A stretch of 64,000 bases of DNA from Piromyces finnis finn (GCA_002104945.1 MCFH01000009.1:806001-870000), one strand, 5' to 3'. Counted from the stretch's first letter, positions 1 to 15,000 are shown. Made by a program: numbers and translations. Notes: generated from the sequence alone by a model not told the origin.

Positions 1-3000
1 CTTCATCTAGTTCTTCATCTTCAGCATCGTTATCAGAAGCGAAATCTTTTTCATCAAATTCAACATCATCATCCTCATCTTCTACTTCTGGGAAACCACT
101 ACTATTTTGCATAGCTTTAAAGATTTCATCTTCTTCTAATTCTTCTTGTTCTTCATCATCTTCAATAGCATTATCATCATCAAATTCAGTATCAAGATCA
201 ACAGTTTTGGTCTTTTTCTTCTTACTATTAGCATTTTGTTCTTTAAAGTATTTGTAAAAGAATAACTGTAATAAAATGAAATCAAATTTAAAACAATTAA
301 TATTTTATTATATATATTGAATTTTTTTATTTAAAAGTTAATTTTAAATCAAACTTACTTCATCAACAGGAATATCTTTTTCTTCTCTCTTTAAGAAGTT
401 TTGAGTATTAACAGCATAATCATCCATCATAATTCTCTTCTTTTTACCTAAATTCTCATCGTCTTCTTGTTCAAGAATTACGTTTTGCTTCTTCATACTA
501 CTTACTAAACCATTACTAATTATTTTCTTTGGTTGCATAATACTTCCACCTTTGTATGTATTACTAACCTTCTTTGGATTCTTGTAAATAAATCTATCAA
601 GGAAACGACTTAATGTATGATTTTGTAATGGATCATAATTAATAGATTTTGGGAATTCAATGAAATTTCCTGATAATAAGGTTTGACAGTATAAAGCAAC
701 AGTTGGATGATAATGACTAGTAAATTGAGTCTTTAATTCATATTTACAATAAATTTCATATAAAATATTAATAAAGTGATTTTAAACATTTTTCATATAT
801 CTATATTTAAAACTTAATTAATTACCAATTCCCAAAGACAAGAATTATCAACGTTTGTGTAAAGTGGATCACGTTTTTTCCCATCATATTTATTTAAGGC
901 TTTACTATCATCATTTTGAATTTCCTTTTCAGAAGTTTCCTTATTATCATCATCATCATTATCATTTTCTTCTTCTTCAACAACATCTTTAAATTCTTCT
1001 TCATCACTATCATTTTCTTCCGGTTGAGTAATTATAACTAATAATCCAGGTTTTTGTTTAATAATTTCACTTACTAAATATAATGAACCACAAATAAATG
1101 GAACTTTGTGGAAAGTACAAACTTGAAGTATTCTTTTTATGAATGATTTTATACGAATTAAAGAATTATCTTCTTTTAATGATTTGTATAATAAATTTAA
1201 GTACATAGCATGCTTGGATGATGAAAATAAACGATGATCAAATAAAGTCATATATAATGAACGATAATATCTATCGGAAATAACCTTTTAAATATTAATG
1301 ATAATAAATAAATAAACAAATAAGTAAGTGTGAATAATTTATATTTTTAAAAATATTAAATAATGGTTATTTACTTGACGAGATAATGAAACTTGGAAGA
1401 TTAACATTAAAGCTTGAATACTGATATTAAAAGTACCAATATGAGAAATAGTAAATAAAGTATTGATTTGCTTGTCGAAACTAAATAATATACATATTAA
1501 ATAATATTTAATTAATTATTTTCGAATTTGATATTTTATTTTTGAAAATATTATAAAAAAATTAATATTTTTATTTTTAAAAGTATACGGTTTCTTACAC
1601 TTCATCTTCAACCTTAGCAAATGGGAAAGTACGATTAACACCAGTTAATAAAGCAGCCATCATTTTAACGTTTACTGAATCAATTTCTGTAATATTACCA
1701 TTATTATTCTTATCAGACTTCTTTTTTGATTTCTTTTGAGTTTTATGTATATTTTTTCCACAAAGTTTCTCGAAAAGAACAAAATATATTTCAATTAATT
1801 TATTAGCAGCTTCTTCACCACTTTTATTTCTTGTTAAAATAATTTGATTTAAGAAAATAACAGAATAATATTGAGCTCTATCTGAAATATTAGTTCTAAA
1901 TAATAAGTGTTCGATTTCTTTAATTACTATAAGTTTCATATTTGGATGCTTCAATAATAATTGTGATAAAAGATAAGATGCTTTTGATGCAAGTTTACGA
2001 TTAGTATCACCCTATATTAATGTATATTATTTAATATATGAAAATTAAATTTATATATTAAACCAAACTTTTAGAAAATTTTTATTAAAATTTTGATAAT
2101 TATATATTATATATTATAAATACCAATTTATTAACGAGTAAAGTAAGTAAATTTTTTTCTTGTTCTGGTTTAGCTACTAATAATTCATAAATAGTTGAAA
2201 TAGCTTTATTTTTAACGAAATCTAAATTATCATGAGACATTTCCTTTTAAATATTACATATTAGAAAAATATATTATTTAATTTAAAATTTATTTACTAC
2301 TTTTAAATTTAATAATAACATAATTACTTCTAAAGCTTGAATGAATTCGAAATATAATTTCTTTAATGAGTCTTCATAGTACCATAAAATTAAATGTTTT
2401 GAAGTAACACCTGAATTAGTAACATTTTGATCTTTGAAATATCTAATTATTTTTTGATTATATTATAAAATAATATTATTATATATTATTATTGGTAATA
2501 TTTTTTGTAGAATTTAACTAAATTTATTATTATTTTTATAAATAATTTATTTTAAGTAAGAGAAAAATGATATTATAATAACCTTAATTTTCTATCAGGC
2601 ATTACATTGTTCATTAATAAATCTTTCATTGTATTAACAGCCATAATTGATTCTCTACGATTCTTCTTTTTAACCATATTTTGGAACAAATTTTGTTTTA
2701 ATAATTTAAAATTATGAATTGGAGATTCTTGTATCATTAATGACATTGCTGATACTTTATCTGTTAAAGTACCAGATTGTAATACTGTCTTGAAGAATTC
2801 ATGTTCACCACCACTTCTTGAATTAATCTCTAATATATATTATTAATTTTTTTTTAAATAAGTTTTTATATTATTAATATTTTTGTGATATTTTATACAT
2901 TTCTCTCTTTTTTTTTTTTTTTTTTAAAAAAAAATTTGATATTACTTTCTGTGTATGTATTAATTTCTTCCTCAAATAATGTTTGTGCTTTTAAGTATTG

Positions 3001-3320
3001 TGAATGTGCTAAATCATAATTCTTCGAGCCATTTTTTTCATCTAATGGTTCCAATTCAACATTAAACCATATTTTTGTTGGCTTAATAATCTTTTATTTT
3101 TTTTTAAAATAATTATTATTAAATATATATATGTTAAAATATTCATTGTTTTATAATAAATTAAAATGACATTTTAAACATTAAGATTATTAAAAATAAT
3201 TAATATACTTTTTTTTTTCTTTAATGAATACTCCTCAATTTATTTACATACCAATTGTGGTTTATTATTATTGTTATTATTGTTATTTTTCTTATTATTA
3301 TTTCTCTTCTTTGGAGGCAT
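1..3320 (-). CDS. MAK21: CBF/Mak21 family ribosome biogenesis protein (Noc1/Mak21/CEBPZ-like); multi-exon, 3' end runs off the left edge
   Basis: ATG at 3320 (MPPKKRNNKK, then GTATGT donor). Exon peptides include GGEHEFFKTVLQSGTLTDKVS, HPNMKLIVIKEIEHLLFR...AQYYSVIFLNQI, MMAALLTGVNRTFPF, KYDGKKRDP, YHPTVALY and RFLDRFIYKNPK, followed by an acidic C-terminal region typical of the family. Confidence 0.9.
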
Positions 3321-4704
3321 AGTGACCTTCAAATACTTTAAAATTTAAAGAAATGAAAAGATATAAATATTTTAATATACTTATTTTATATTCTATATAA
3401 CAAATGGTAATAATATATTCTTTTTAAATTTAGTATATCTATTTTATATTGTAAAAATAAAATATATTCTTACATATTCTCAAAAAATTCAATTATTTTA
3501 TTAAAAATTAAAATAAAAAAATTATACTAATATTTTTTTTTTTTGTGAAAAAGCTATTAAAATTTTTAAAGATTTAAAATGATTGGTTTGATTTGAATTT
3601 TCAATTTTAAAATATTAAAATTGGTTTATAAATATTTTGATGAAGAATAAATATAAAGTTATGAAGCCTATAAAGTTGTAATTCTGTATAATAATTAAAA
3701 AAAATCAAAGACATCATAAATACTATAACATTAATATTGCTTAAGATTAATCTTAATAGTTTTTTTAAGCCATTTTTTATTATTGTATATATTTTTACAT
3801 AATAATAAGAATATATTAATTATAAGTTGTTTATTAATAATAAAAATCTGTAATTAATATGTATATATGTTTCCTATTTTTAATAAAAGAAAATATAAAA
3901 TTATTATTTTTTTTTAAACTACTGTAGAATAAGTCTCATATTAGTCATTATATCCTAATACTAATTTTAAGAGAAATGCTAATTTTTTATTTATATTAAT
4001 AATATTCATTTTCTTAATTCTTTAGAAAAATTATAAATTATATTGTTATGGCTTGATATACATTTAATATAATGAAATTACTAAAAACAATTTTTGTGGC
4101 TTGTATATTAATTTACTTGTAACAAAAACGGAATATGTTTTTAAAGAATAAAACAAAATAACTTTGTGGAAAAGGATTCTATGGAATAAAAAATAAAAGG
4201 AAATTTTAAGAATAGTTATGAATTATGCAATAAATATATTTCAAATGAAGAATATATATAAAATATAATATTTACTTTGTCTTTATTTTACTTTATTAAA
4301 ACCTTTTCATACTTTTTTCTATCCATACAAAAAATAATATTTTATGGATTGTAACACCGAAAAACTAATTCCATCATATAAATGGTAAATAAACTAAAAT
4401 TCGTAGATAAAATCCAATATTTATAGTAAACAATAAATATATTTTAAAATATATACTCAAAGACAAACATTAAAAATACTCAGTATTTTACATATTATTG
4501 TACTTATATTTTTCCTTTTATCATTAAAATTCCATAATTTTTTATTAATTACAAATCTATCATGAATTTATAAATTAAAATATTTATTAATATCATAATT
4601 ATAATTTCATTTATATATATTATTATTTGAAAAAAAACACCTATATCGGTGTTATTATATAATTATTACAATTATTAATTATTAAAATATGAATTTTATA
4701 TTAA

Positions 4705-5662
4705 ATGATTATTATAAATTTCGTATATATTTTAAGGAATGAGGAAACCAAAAAAATAAAAGATTTAGAAAAGGAACTTCTAAATATTATTTATAAAATA
4801 AATGAAAATGATAATGAGAATGTACATACTCCGGAAAAAGAAAATTTAACGCAAGAATTAAAATGGAAAATGTATTTAAAAAAAAAATAGAATAAATCTT
4901 TAGAAAGATAAATTTAATATAACAACAACAATAATAATATTAACACTAACAATAACAATAATAATACGAAATAGGGAAGATGTTAAAGAATTGTTAACAA
5001 GATATGAAGAAGAATTAAATAATTCAGAAATTAAGGGCGATAGGTATAAAGTATTATTATTTAAAATTTAAAAATTTAAATATTAATTTTTTTTTTTTTT
5101 TGAATATATATAAATACATACAGTTCGGAAAATATTAAAAAAAGAGAAGATGAGTTTATTTTACTATCTAAAGAATATGAGAGAATTGAAAATATTGCCA
5201 AAACAGATGCTATCAAAGAGCATGATTCAATGGAGTAACTATTTTTTATGTTAATATATGCAAATAAGAAATATAAAATTTAGTAAACTTTAAACATTAT
5301 AAACTTATAATTAATGTATTTCATTATTAAGTGAATTATTAAAATCAAATGAAAAATATAATTTTATAAAAGAAACTGCTATTAGCACTTCTTTTGATGA
5401 AGAAGAAGAAGAATTATTACAATTGCAAGAGATATTATTAGATGGTATTAATTATTTTATATTTATTTAATATCGTTCTAACCATTATTTTCTTTATTAA
5501 ATGTATCATTATTTTAATTTTAACACCGATAACATCATTATTATCCATAATTACCATATAATAATAGAACAAGATAAAAATTTAGATATATTAGCAGATG
5601 TTATTGAAAGACACAAAGAGATAGGAATTGCAATAAATTCAGAAATTGATGGTATATACATG

Positions 5663-5719
<57 letters not shown>

Positions 5720-5736
5720 TAATAATAATAATGATA

Positions 5737-5834
<98 letters not shown>

Positions 5835-6142
5835 TTTTTAATCGATATATATTAAGCTCAAATTAATTTAATAGAAACTACTGAAAATGATATGGAAGAT
5901 ACTCAGAGAAGATTGGATAGAACAAGAAGAAGAATAGATCAAGCTGGACAATATCATGAACTAAGTAAAGTATTTAAAAAGTTATGATAAAATTTTCATT
6001 ATTTTTTAAATAATAGAATATTAATTATTTATATATATTTCTTATATATCTTTATCATTAATATATTATAGTTAGTTGTAAATTAATTGTTATAGTCATT
6101 ATACTACTTTTAATATTAATTATTATTAAATACAATTTATAA
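4705..6142 (+). CDS. Qc-type t-SNARE (syntaxin-8/Syn8-like), about 7 exons; start codon uncertain
   Basis: GT-AG splicing joins ...ELKWKMEDVKELLTRYEEE...EQDKNLDILADVIERHKEIGIAINSEID-ETTENDMEDTQRRLDRTRRRI..., a SNARE coiled coil, to a C-terminal TM segment KLIVIVIILLLILIIIKYNL*. TAA at 6140-6142. Confidence 0.75.
5666..5834. repeat. (AAT)n microsatellite (~55 units, a few GAT interruptions) inside a SNARE-gene intron
   Basis: Directly visible trinucleotide run between the donor near 5652 and the acceptor near 5874. Confidence 0.95.
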
Positions 6143-8354
6143 TATTGTATTATAATAAAATCAAATAAATAAATTTAATATTTCATAAAAATGAAATCCA
6201 CATAATATAATTTGATTTCAGTAAATAATCATAAATAAAAATAAGATAATTGTTTATTAATTTTTTAGTTTTTTTTTTTTTTTTTTGATTATAAAGTAGA
6301 AAAATAAATATAATATATAAATAAATGAAGTAATAAAAGTTATAAAAGATATATAATAAAATAAAATTAAAAATAAAACTATAAAAATATCATTGATTAT
6401 TAATTATATAAAATTTGTATTTAGATTTAACTTGAATATATATATATGTATACAAAAAAAAAAAAAAAAAAAAGAAAAAAAATAAAAGGAAAATAATATA
6501 TTTATACATAAGAATAAATTACTCCAACCAAGAATTTATAAATTTATGGTGAATAAATAATTTAGATATGATATTAATCAAAAAAATTTAAGTCTTTTTT
6601 TAAGTCTATTATGATTTATCAATTTTTACTAACTTTCATTATTACGAAAAATATAATTTTTTTTTAGTAATTCTAATAGGCAAAATCTCATTTTTTCTAT
6701 TTTAATTCAATAAAAATTTCTTTAGTATTTTTATATATTTATTTATTTATTCCATTTAATATTGTAGTAACTATGATAATTCAATATTTCTTTTTTACCA
6801 AAATAATATCTATAATTTACAATACTAATTATATATATAAAAAGAAATTACTATAACGCCTTTTTATAAACTTGTATTAACTAAAATCTTTTTATATTCC
6901 AATTTTTCTTTATTAATCATATTAAAATAATTTATCAATATTGCAAATATATATTTTCGTTAATAATATAAATAAAAAAAAGATATACTTTTTAACTTTA
7001 TTTTCTATGAACTTTTTTTTTTTTAATAACTATTTTTCATTTATGATTCAAACTTTTTCTTCGTAATATTCTCATTTCTTTTATTTATATTATTTAACTT
7101 AATAATATTAATGAATTTGAATATATGCAATATATATTTCTTTTATTTTACTAGTTTTAAGAAAAGAAAAAAGAAAAACTAGGTTAAAAAAAAAAAAAAA
7201 AGCAGAAATACTAGCTAGGAAGAGAAAGCAAAAAAATTTGAAAGTCAAACCTATAAGGGCTATTTCATTAAATTACACAGAGTTAAAACAACAATATATA
7301 TAGTTATATATTAAATCCTATATACAAAAAAAAAAATAAAGTGTTAACTTGACGACTTATTAATAAGCTAACTTAAAAAATTATAGGTCAATTTTAATAT
7401 GAAAAATAATTATTTCATTTATTAAAGTTTTTTTTTTTTTTTCCCTATATAATAGGTTGTTGTTGTTGTTGTAACACTATCACTTTTACCGATTTTTATT
7501 ATTATTTATCCATCAATTTCATCTTATATATTATTGTAATTTAAATGATATGAATCTAATATATTATTCAATTCTATCAGCTTTTTCTAATACATTCAAA
7601 ATGGGAATAAAAACGATTTATTAAAAAATTAATAATATAATAATTGTATATTAAATTAAAATTATATATATTATTAATATATAATATTTAATACTATATA
7701 TAGAGAAAACACTTAGAATTTAAATAAAACATATATTGTAATATATATAAATATATACATAAATATATATAAATATATATAATGCTTAATAGAAAGAGTA
7801 GAGAAATAAATGGAATAAAAATTATTGTAAAGATTTATTTCAAGATTATTAAATAAGGCTTATATTTAATCACTTCTATTATATTAAAATGATTATATAT
7901 ATTTTATATAATATTTATTAATAAGGATAATAACCCTTTCAAAAATGAGGCGTATTTACAATCATCATTTATTCCTTTAAAATAGGTGTAAATTCCATAA
8001 ATTATAATTGAATTTCGAAATATATTATAATATATAATAATATTTGATGTATTATAATCAATTTATTATTGTATTTGAAATATTATCCATATAAGAAGAA
8101 TTAAAAAAAATTTTTTTAATATTATATAAATAATTAAAAAAATTTTTTTTTTTTATTCTTTATTGCAGTATTTACGCTAAATTGCTTTAAATTACAATTT
8201 AATTTTTAGTAAAAAGAATTATCAAAAACTTAATTTAGAACAACAAAAACATTACTATTTTAATATAAAATTGTAAATAATATTTAAAAAATAACTATCA
8301 AATTATTTTTTATTTTTAATTTAAACTTCATAATAATAGTATAGTATATCAAAA

Positions 8355-11027
8355 ATGGAATTCAAGACACAAAACAAAAAATATCAAGAAACTGTTGAAG
8401 AATTATCAATTGTTTTCTCTAATATTTACGACAAATTAAATCCAATAATTGCTAAGAATGAAGAAGAAATACTTAAGTTCATTGCTGAAGCTAGTTTACC
8501 AAGAAAGCAAAGATTAATTAAGAATTTACAAACCAAGATAATATATTCTCCTTCTGAAATCGTTGAAGTTAGAAACTGTGCTGTTGAAATCTTAAATATT
8601 TTAATCACAGATTCTAAGACTATTAAAAAATTCATTGATATAATTATTAAATTCGGAAAGATGTTAAAGGATGGTACTTTAAATCTTTATGATTTAATAT
8701 ATAATTCAAATGAATATGTCAATAGTGAAGATGCTGATCTTGCTGAAAAAATTAAGACTTATATTTTAATTGAAAGTGAATATATTGATTTAATTTTAGA
8801 ACAAGGAATAAAAATGCCACAACGTCATGTTATTATTAGTGAATTATTTTACCAGACTATTTTATTAGTAAATGAATTTAATAAAGACTTAGCTTTAGAC
8901 TGTTCAAGAGTCAAGAGCTCTAAAGAATATAATTTCGATCTTACTATTAGAGATACCGAAGCTGATATCTTGAAATGGAGTTTAATGCATTCCAAGGCAA
9001 ATCATTATATTCAATATTTAAATAATAATTTAGACAAACCATTAGATAATGCAATGAAGGAAGTTATCATTTCTCTTGCTAAAGATAATAAATATGGAAC
9101 CATTTTACTTTCTAGTCCATATTCAAAGCTTATTAAGAGTTATATTGCTGAAACTAAGGCTTATATTCCATACGAAATATTAGAAGTTATTACTTCTAGT
9201 ATGATTGATAATAATGTTGAGAATTTTGATTATGAAATTTGCAAATTATTACTTGACAAAATTGTTGGTACTAAAGCTGCAGAACAAGCTACTGACTTGT
9301 TAGAAAATAAAGCAGCTGCTACTCTTTTAAGAAGTATTGGTAATATTATTATTAGTAGTGAAGAATCATGTGAAAAGATTTTAAATACTACTAATTTAAT
9401 GGAAATCATCTATGAAATGATTAAAAAGGGTGCTCAAGACAATAAGAGTTCTAAATGGTTTAATGACCAATTCATTAACAATATCATCAGTGCTTTTAGA
9501 ATTATAGCATGCATAAAGTTATACAAGAATTTATCTGGTGTTGTTGAATCTTTAGGTTGCATTGAAGAATTAAAGAAATATGAAAGTTGTCCAAATAAAT
9601 ATATTCAACAATATGCTTCTTATGTTCAAGGTGAAATTAAGAATATACCAAAGTCCAAGGTAAATATTAAGGTTGAAACTTTAGATCTTCAAAATCTTGA
9701 ACTTTTACCAATTGAAGAACAATTTAATTTAAGAACCAATTTAATTAATGCTGCTAATGAATGTATGAATGTTCCAATTATTAACGAAGATTATTATAAT
9801 GTTACTCCTTGTGATGGTGATGGTATTGCTATATTTAGTGGTGTTGAAAGAACAGAATCAGGTTATGCTTTCATTGGTGTTATTGCTAATATATTTAGCG
9901 CAGAAATTCATGATACTACTTATCATGAATGTAGTAGTATTAGCGATGCTAATATTTTCTTTGTTAATGAATATGTTGGTTTAAGAAAGCATTGGGGACA
10001 AACTGAAAGAGTTAATGTTGTAAAAATTTTATCATCAATTTACAGTAATACTAAGATAGTTCCAGGAAGAAATGGAGAACAAGTTGTTAAATTATTAGGA
10101 TTATATAACAGTGAAATGTCTTTAGAAGATGTCTATTCTGAAGTATGTAATATTGTTAATGAAGTCCCAGAAAATAAAGCACTTAAATCCTATGCTTGGT
10201 GGAGAGAATTCCTCGGTTCTGAATTTAACTATAAAATTCAATTCAAATATAATGATATTATATACAATGATGGTTATGTAAGACCAAGATACTACAGAAA
10301 CTTTACTCATACTGCAAATGATGTTCCAAACAATCCAGATAGTTATGTTCAATTTTGGATTAGTGCCATGGAAAAGAATACTAAGTTTAGTAAGGAACCA
10401 TTCTACAGTAGAATGTTTATGTATCTTCTTCATACTTTATTCTATATTGATAGTATCCAAGTTAAAGATTTAGAATTTGACCTTAATGATGTCAAAAATA
10501 CTTTAAGAGCCACATACTTCGATCTCATGGAAAATTATAAGAATGGTAACAGTATTCAAAATAATGCTTTATTTGAAGCTATGATTGAAAGAACTCTTGT
10601 TCTTGAATTAGAAGAAGAATTAATCATTCCAATCGAGTTATATATGATATTTTCAAGTACTCAAAATAATCTTCATTTACCAATTGAAGGTATTATCCGT
10701 AAGGCTAATAAATTAATTCCAATTGAAAGACGTATCAAGAATAACGAAGTTAAGGAATTAAAGGATAAATTATTACTTGTTGTTAAGGAAATGTATAAGA
10801 ACGATAAGTTTGACATACAATCTGTTTACAATAATGCTGAAATCTACGATTATATAAAGTCTATTCTTAAGGATGAAAATGCTTCTAAACAATATTACCA
10901 AAATACTTTAATATTGTTAAATGCTTTCATAAAAAATGTTAAGCATTTAATTTTATCAACTTCATTTGAAGAAGTTGAACAATCTGATTTAATTCAATTC
11001 GGTTTCCAAGGTAGAAACGCTATTTAA
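8355..11027 (+). CDS. Intronless 890-aa hypothetical protein; helical (ARM-like?) N-terminal half, no recognised family
   Basis: Uninterrupted 2.67-kb ORF in very AT-rich DNA, which is extremely unlikely by chance. Codon usage favours GGT/GCT/AAG/TTC, and it has an AAAAATG start context like the other genes here. Confidence 0.85.
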   Translation: MEFKTQNKKYQETVEELSIVFSNIYDKLNPIIAKNEEEILKFIAEASLPRKQRLIKNLQTKIIYSPSEIVEVRNCAVEILNILITDSKTIKKFIDIIIKFGKMLKDGTLNLYDLIYNSNEYVNSEDADLAEKIKTYILIESEYIDLILEQGIKMPQRHVIISELFYQTILLVNEFNKDLALDCSRVKSSKEYNFDLTIRDTEADILKWSLMHSKANHYIQYLNNNLDKPLDNAMKEVIISLAKDNKYGTILLSSPYSKLIKSYIAETKAYIPYEILEVITSSMIDNNVENFDYEICKLLLDKIVGTKAAEQATDLLENKAAATLLRSIGNIIISSEESCEKILNTTNLMEIIYEMIKKGAQDNKSSKWFNDQFINNIISAFRIIACIKLYKNLSGVVESLGCIEELKKYESCPNKYIQQYASYVQGEIKNIPKSKVNIKVETLDLQNLELLPIEEQFNLRTNLINAANECMNVPIINEDYYNVTPCDGDGIAIFSGVERTESGYAFIGVIANIFSAEIHDTTYHECSSISDANIFFVNEYVGLRKHWGQTERVNVVKILSSIYSNTKIVPGRNGEQVVKLLGLYNSEMSLEDVYSEVCNIVNEVPENKALKSYAWWREFLGSEFNYKIQFKYNDIIYNDGYVRPRYYRNFTHTANDVPNNPDSYVQFWISAMEKNTKFSKEPFYSRMFMYLLHTLFYIDSIQVKDLEFDLNDVKNTLRATYFDLMENYKNGNSIQNNALFEAMIERTLVLELEEELIIPIELYMIFSSTQNNLHLPIEGIIRKANKLIPIERRIKNNEVKELKDKLLLVVKEMYKNDKFDIQSVYNNAEIYDYIKSILKDENASKQYYQNTLILLNAFIKNVKHLILSTSFEEVEQSDLIQFGFQGRNAI

Positions 11028-12044
11028 ATTTTCAAAAAAAAAAAAAAAAAAAAAGAATCTATTAGAAACAAGAGACAATACAAAAAATCTATTAAATACT
11101 ATGAGAGTCATTTAAATTTTATCTAAAATAAAAAAAGTAAACTTCTTTGGTTTTTTTTAAATAATTATTATATTAAAGTAATAGTAATTATAACGAATGA
11201 CAAGCAATAATTTAAAGATTATGTAAATGCGAAATATAATTAATCATTGATATAGAGGAATTAAAAATAAATAATATAAAGAATTAAATAATTAAAGCTT
11301 TATTTGTTTTGATTCCATTTTTAATTTATATGATATTCATTTTATTATCCATATAATTTAAAAAGTTTTTTTTATTTAAATTCCTGTTTAATAATATATT
11401 TTACTATATAAAAAAAAGTAATAAATTAATAAAAATATAAATTAATAAAAATAAAAATAATTGGTGTTTTTATTATAATAATATTATGTCTTTATTATGT
11501 CTTTTATAGATAATATATTTATACTTTCTGGTTTATTTACTTGATTTTAGAAAATAATTTTTATTTTAGATAATATTTTAATTTAGGCTAAAGGTCAAAA
11601 AATATTGATCATAAAATTAAAGCTTTCTTATTATATATGGAATTGATTAAATTTTTTTTTATATTTAACATAAAAAATATAATAAATAAGGTTACATACC
11701 ACCATTAATAAAAATATATATATATATTTATATAGAGTTTTATTAAAATACATATATTATATATTTAATATTTTAATTATTATATTCTTTTTCTTTTGTT
11801 TTTTTTCTTCTTCTTATTCTTCTATTATTATAATTTATTATGAATAGACCATTAATTTTGATATTTTATTAGCTCTCAATGAATTTAAAATCAATTGAAT
11901 TCTAATTCAAATAAACAAACATCAAATAATCAATATATAAAAACAATTAAATATATATTCTTTTATTTAGAAATAATTTGTCTTTTAGTTTTAATAATTT
12001 ATATGAAAATAATAATTACACAGCTTTAATTTTATTAGTAAAAT

Positions 12045-15000
12045 ATGGCTTCTTCATTTCAAGCAGATTTCGCATCTTTCAATTCCAAACCAAAAACTTC
12101 AATACAAACAACAACACAAATCATTTCTTCCCCGGAAAATTATAAATTTGATGAACAAAAGTTACAAAAATTAGATTCGGTTGAAAAACAAGAATTATAT
12201 GTTTTTCAATGGTTATCCAATTTAGAAAAAGAATTAAAAAAAGGAGATAAAGTAATTATAAATTTATATATATAATAAAGCATTTTTTAATAAAGAGACA
12301 ATTAGTTTTCGAGAAATATGATAAATAAATAATTAATAAAAAATATATTGTTTTTTATTGAATAAAGGCCTTTTTTTTTTGTTAAATTTAATATTTTAAT
12401 TAATAATTTTATTTTTTTTTATTTATCTTTTTTATAAACATATCTACATATCTACATTAATCTATATAAATAAATAAATAAATAAATAAATGAATGAATG
12501 AATGAATAAATAAATGAATAAATAAATAAATATTTTAATATATTATATATTATATATGAACAATAAATAAGAATGCTATTTTAAATGAACAAGACAAACT
12601 TGAAAAGGTCTTATTGAAATTTTTATCATCAACAACACCAAAACCATCAAGACCTACTCGTAAGCTTATTGCTAGATGTTTTAATTTAATATTTTCTTAT
12701 GGAAGTCAAAGAAAAATTTTCGATACAATAGTTGCAATTCAACAGTTATTAAAAACAGTTGTCGATAATTCAAATAAATTGTAAAGTATTTATGTAAAAA
12801 TAATAATTCAATTTACATAAATATTTTATATAATTACACATGATATTAATTAAATAATTATAAAGGCAATTACCTTAAATTGAAATACCAAAATAACTTT
12901 TTTTTTTTTTTTTTCATTTTCAAATATAGAGCTGTAATTCATTGTTTAGGTGCAATTACCGAGGCTAATGGAAAAAATGTAATGTCATTATTCTCAGAAA
13001 CAGTTATAAGTTTAGTTAAATTAATGAAGCAATCTACAGATGTAAGCATATTATATATTATTATAAAGTGTAGAAGAAAATAATTAAATGATTTAATATT
13101 TATTATAATAGGTCCATATTCGTCATGAAATTTTTGATTCATTATGTAGAGGTCTTAAAGGGGCTGGACGTGCTTTAGTTGAATCAACTGCAAAAGATAT
13201 TTTTAAACTATGTAAACATGGTTTTAATGATAAAAGTTTAATTATTAGAGCAGACTCAGGATATGTAAATTTCTAATAATTGTTATTATAAATTAAATTA
13301 AAATGTATTTTAGTAATATTTTAATTTTGGTTTTATTAATAATATAAATTTATTTTAATTATTCTAAATAAAATAAAAGTGTTTACAAGCTTTGTATGAT
13401 TATACTATATATCCAAAACCAGCATATCAGAGTGATTATGAATCGTTAATAGTATTAATGATTAAAAATATGGATAAATCAAATTTTAAAGTAAGACAGT
13501 CATTATCAAGTACTGTTGCTTATTTATTAGTTACTTTTCTTCAAAGTCCAATTCCAAAAAAGAAATCTTCATCTCAATCCTCTCCACCTTCTTACCCACC
13601 AATTGATGAAGCATTGTCAATTTTATTTAATTCCTTTAATAAATACTCATCACGAGAAATTCTTACAGGTATCATTGAATGTTATGCATCATTTTATCAA
13701 AAGATGGGAATTCAATGGATAGAAGATAATTATGCACTTATTCTAAGTCATACATTAAGTTTATTAAAAAATACCAAAAGTGATCAAAATAGCTCATTAA
13801 TTGTCAGTGAATACTGTAAATATCTTTTAAGAAATGTTATAGGAAAAATTCTTAGTGAAGGGGCTCAAAATAATGCTGTTAAAATTATTATAAATGAACA
13901 TATTAAAAAAATTCTTGCTAATAAAGCTTTTACTGAACAAACGGATTTGGAAATGAAATGTGTTTTAGATGAATTATCAGCCTTATTATTAGATTTAGGA
14001 CCGGCATTAGTATATGTACCAGAAGTTATTAAAGCATTAAATGCTGCTGTTTCTTATCCAAATAGATCAGTAAACATTACCACAGCATGGTGTATAAAAT
14101 GCTTCTGTAAACAAAATTCGACTTATATTTATCAAGAAATTAGTTACTTTGTTAATCAATTAAATAATACTGAAACTAATCTTGACGAGAATAATGAAAA
14201 TTCAATAAATAATTATATATCATTTTGTTATCCATTGGCTACATTAATAACATTAATTCCGCAACGTTCTTTAAATGTTTCTATTGCTACAGCAGCACAA
14301 TTATTTAATTATTCTAATCATATTTTGAAATCAATTTACGGTAATCAATCATCAAGTATACCACTTAAAGTCATGGATGCTAAAATTCAAGTTGCATGGA
14401 CTATCATTGATGCATTAATGTCTTTAGGTTCAAAATTTGTTAAAGTTCATCTTACTCAATTATTGAATTTGTGGAAAAATTCATTACCAAAGATATCTAT
14501 GAAAGATAATTCTATTCAATATTCAGAGAAAGAATTAATTCATCAAATTGATTCTAGATCATATGCTCTTTCAGCACTTCATTCTTTTCTTGAATATAAT
14601 GATGATGGTTTAATTAATATTGATGTTTCAAAAAGAATTGTTATTTGCTTAAATAATGTTTTAGCCTTTATATCGTCATTACCAAAATATTATTCTAACA
14701 TTTTAAATAATACAATAAATACCCAGTCTTTGATTAATTCAACTGCCAACACTACACTTACTGTATCATTTTCATCATATACAGTACCATTAAAAAGTGT
14801 AATTGAAAAAGAATATTTAATGAAAAAAAGGTTATATCAATGCTACTGTAAATTTTCTGATCCATCTGTTTATGAAATGGCACAAACTATTCTTTTAAAG
14901 GCCACTTTAGAACTTATTGCACCAGATTATGAAAAAAATACTAATCCATTCACTGGTAATGTTAATTCTCATGCAATTAATTCTTCTATTTTAGCAAGTA

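Noticed and set aside
4068-4400. Possible pseudogene of a small secreted protein (MKLLKTIFVACILIYL*, CGKGFYG, ELCNKY)
   Set aside because: It needs several frameshifts and stop read-throughs, and hydrophobic peptides arise easily from AT-rich DNA.
11035-11054. A20 just after the 890-aa ORF as evidence of a retrocopy
   Set aside because: Poly-A runs of this length occur throughout the window, and no target-site duplication was found.
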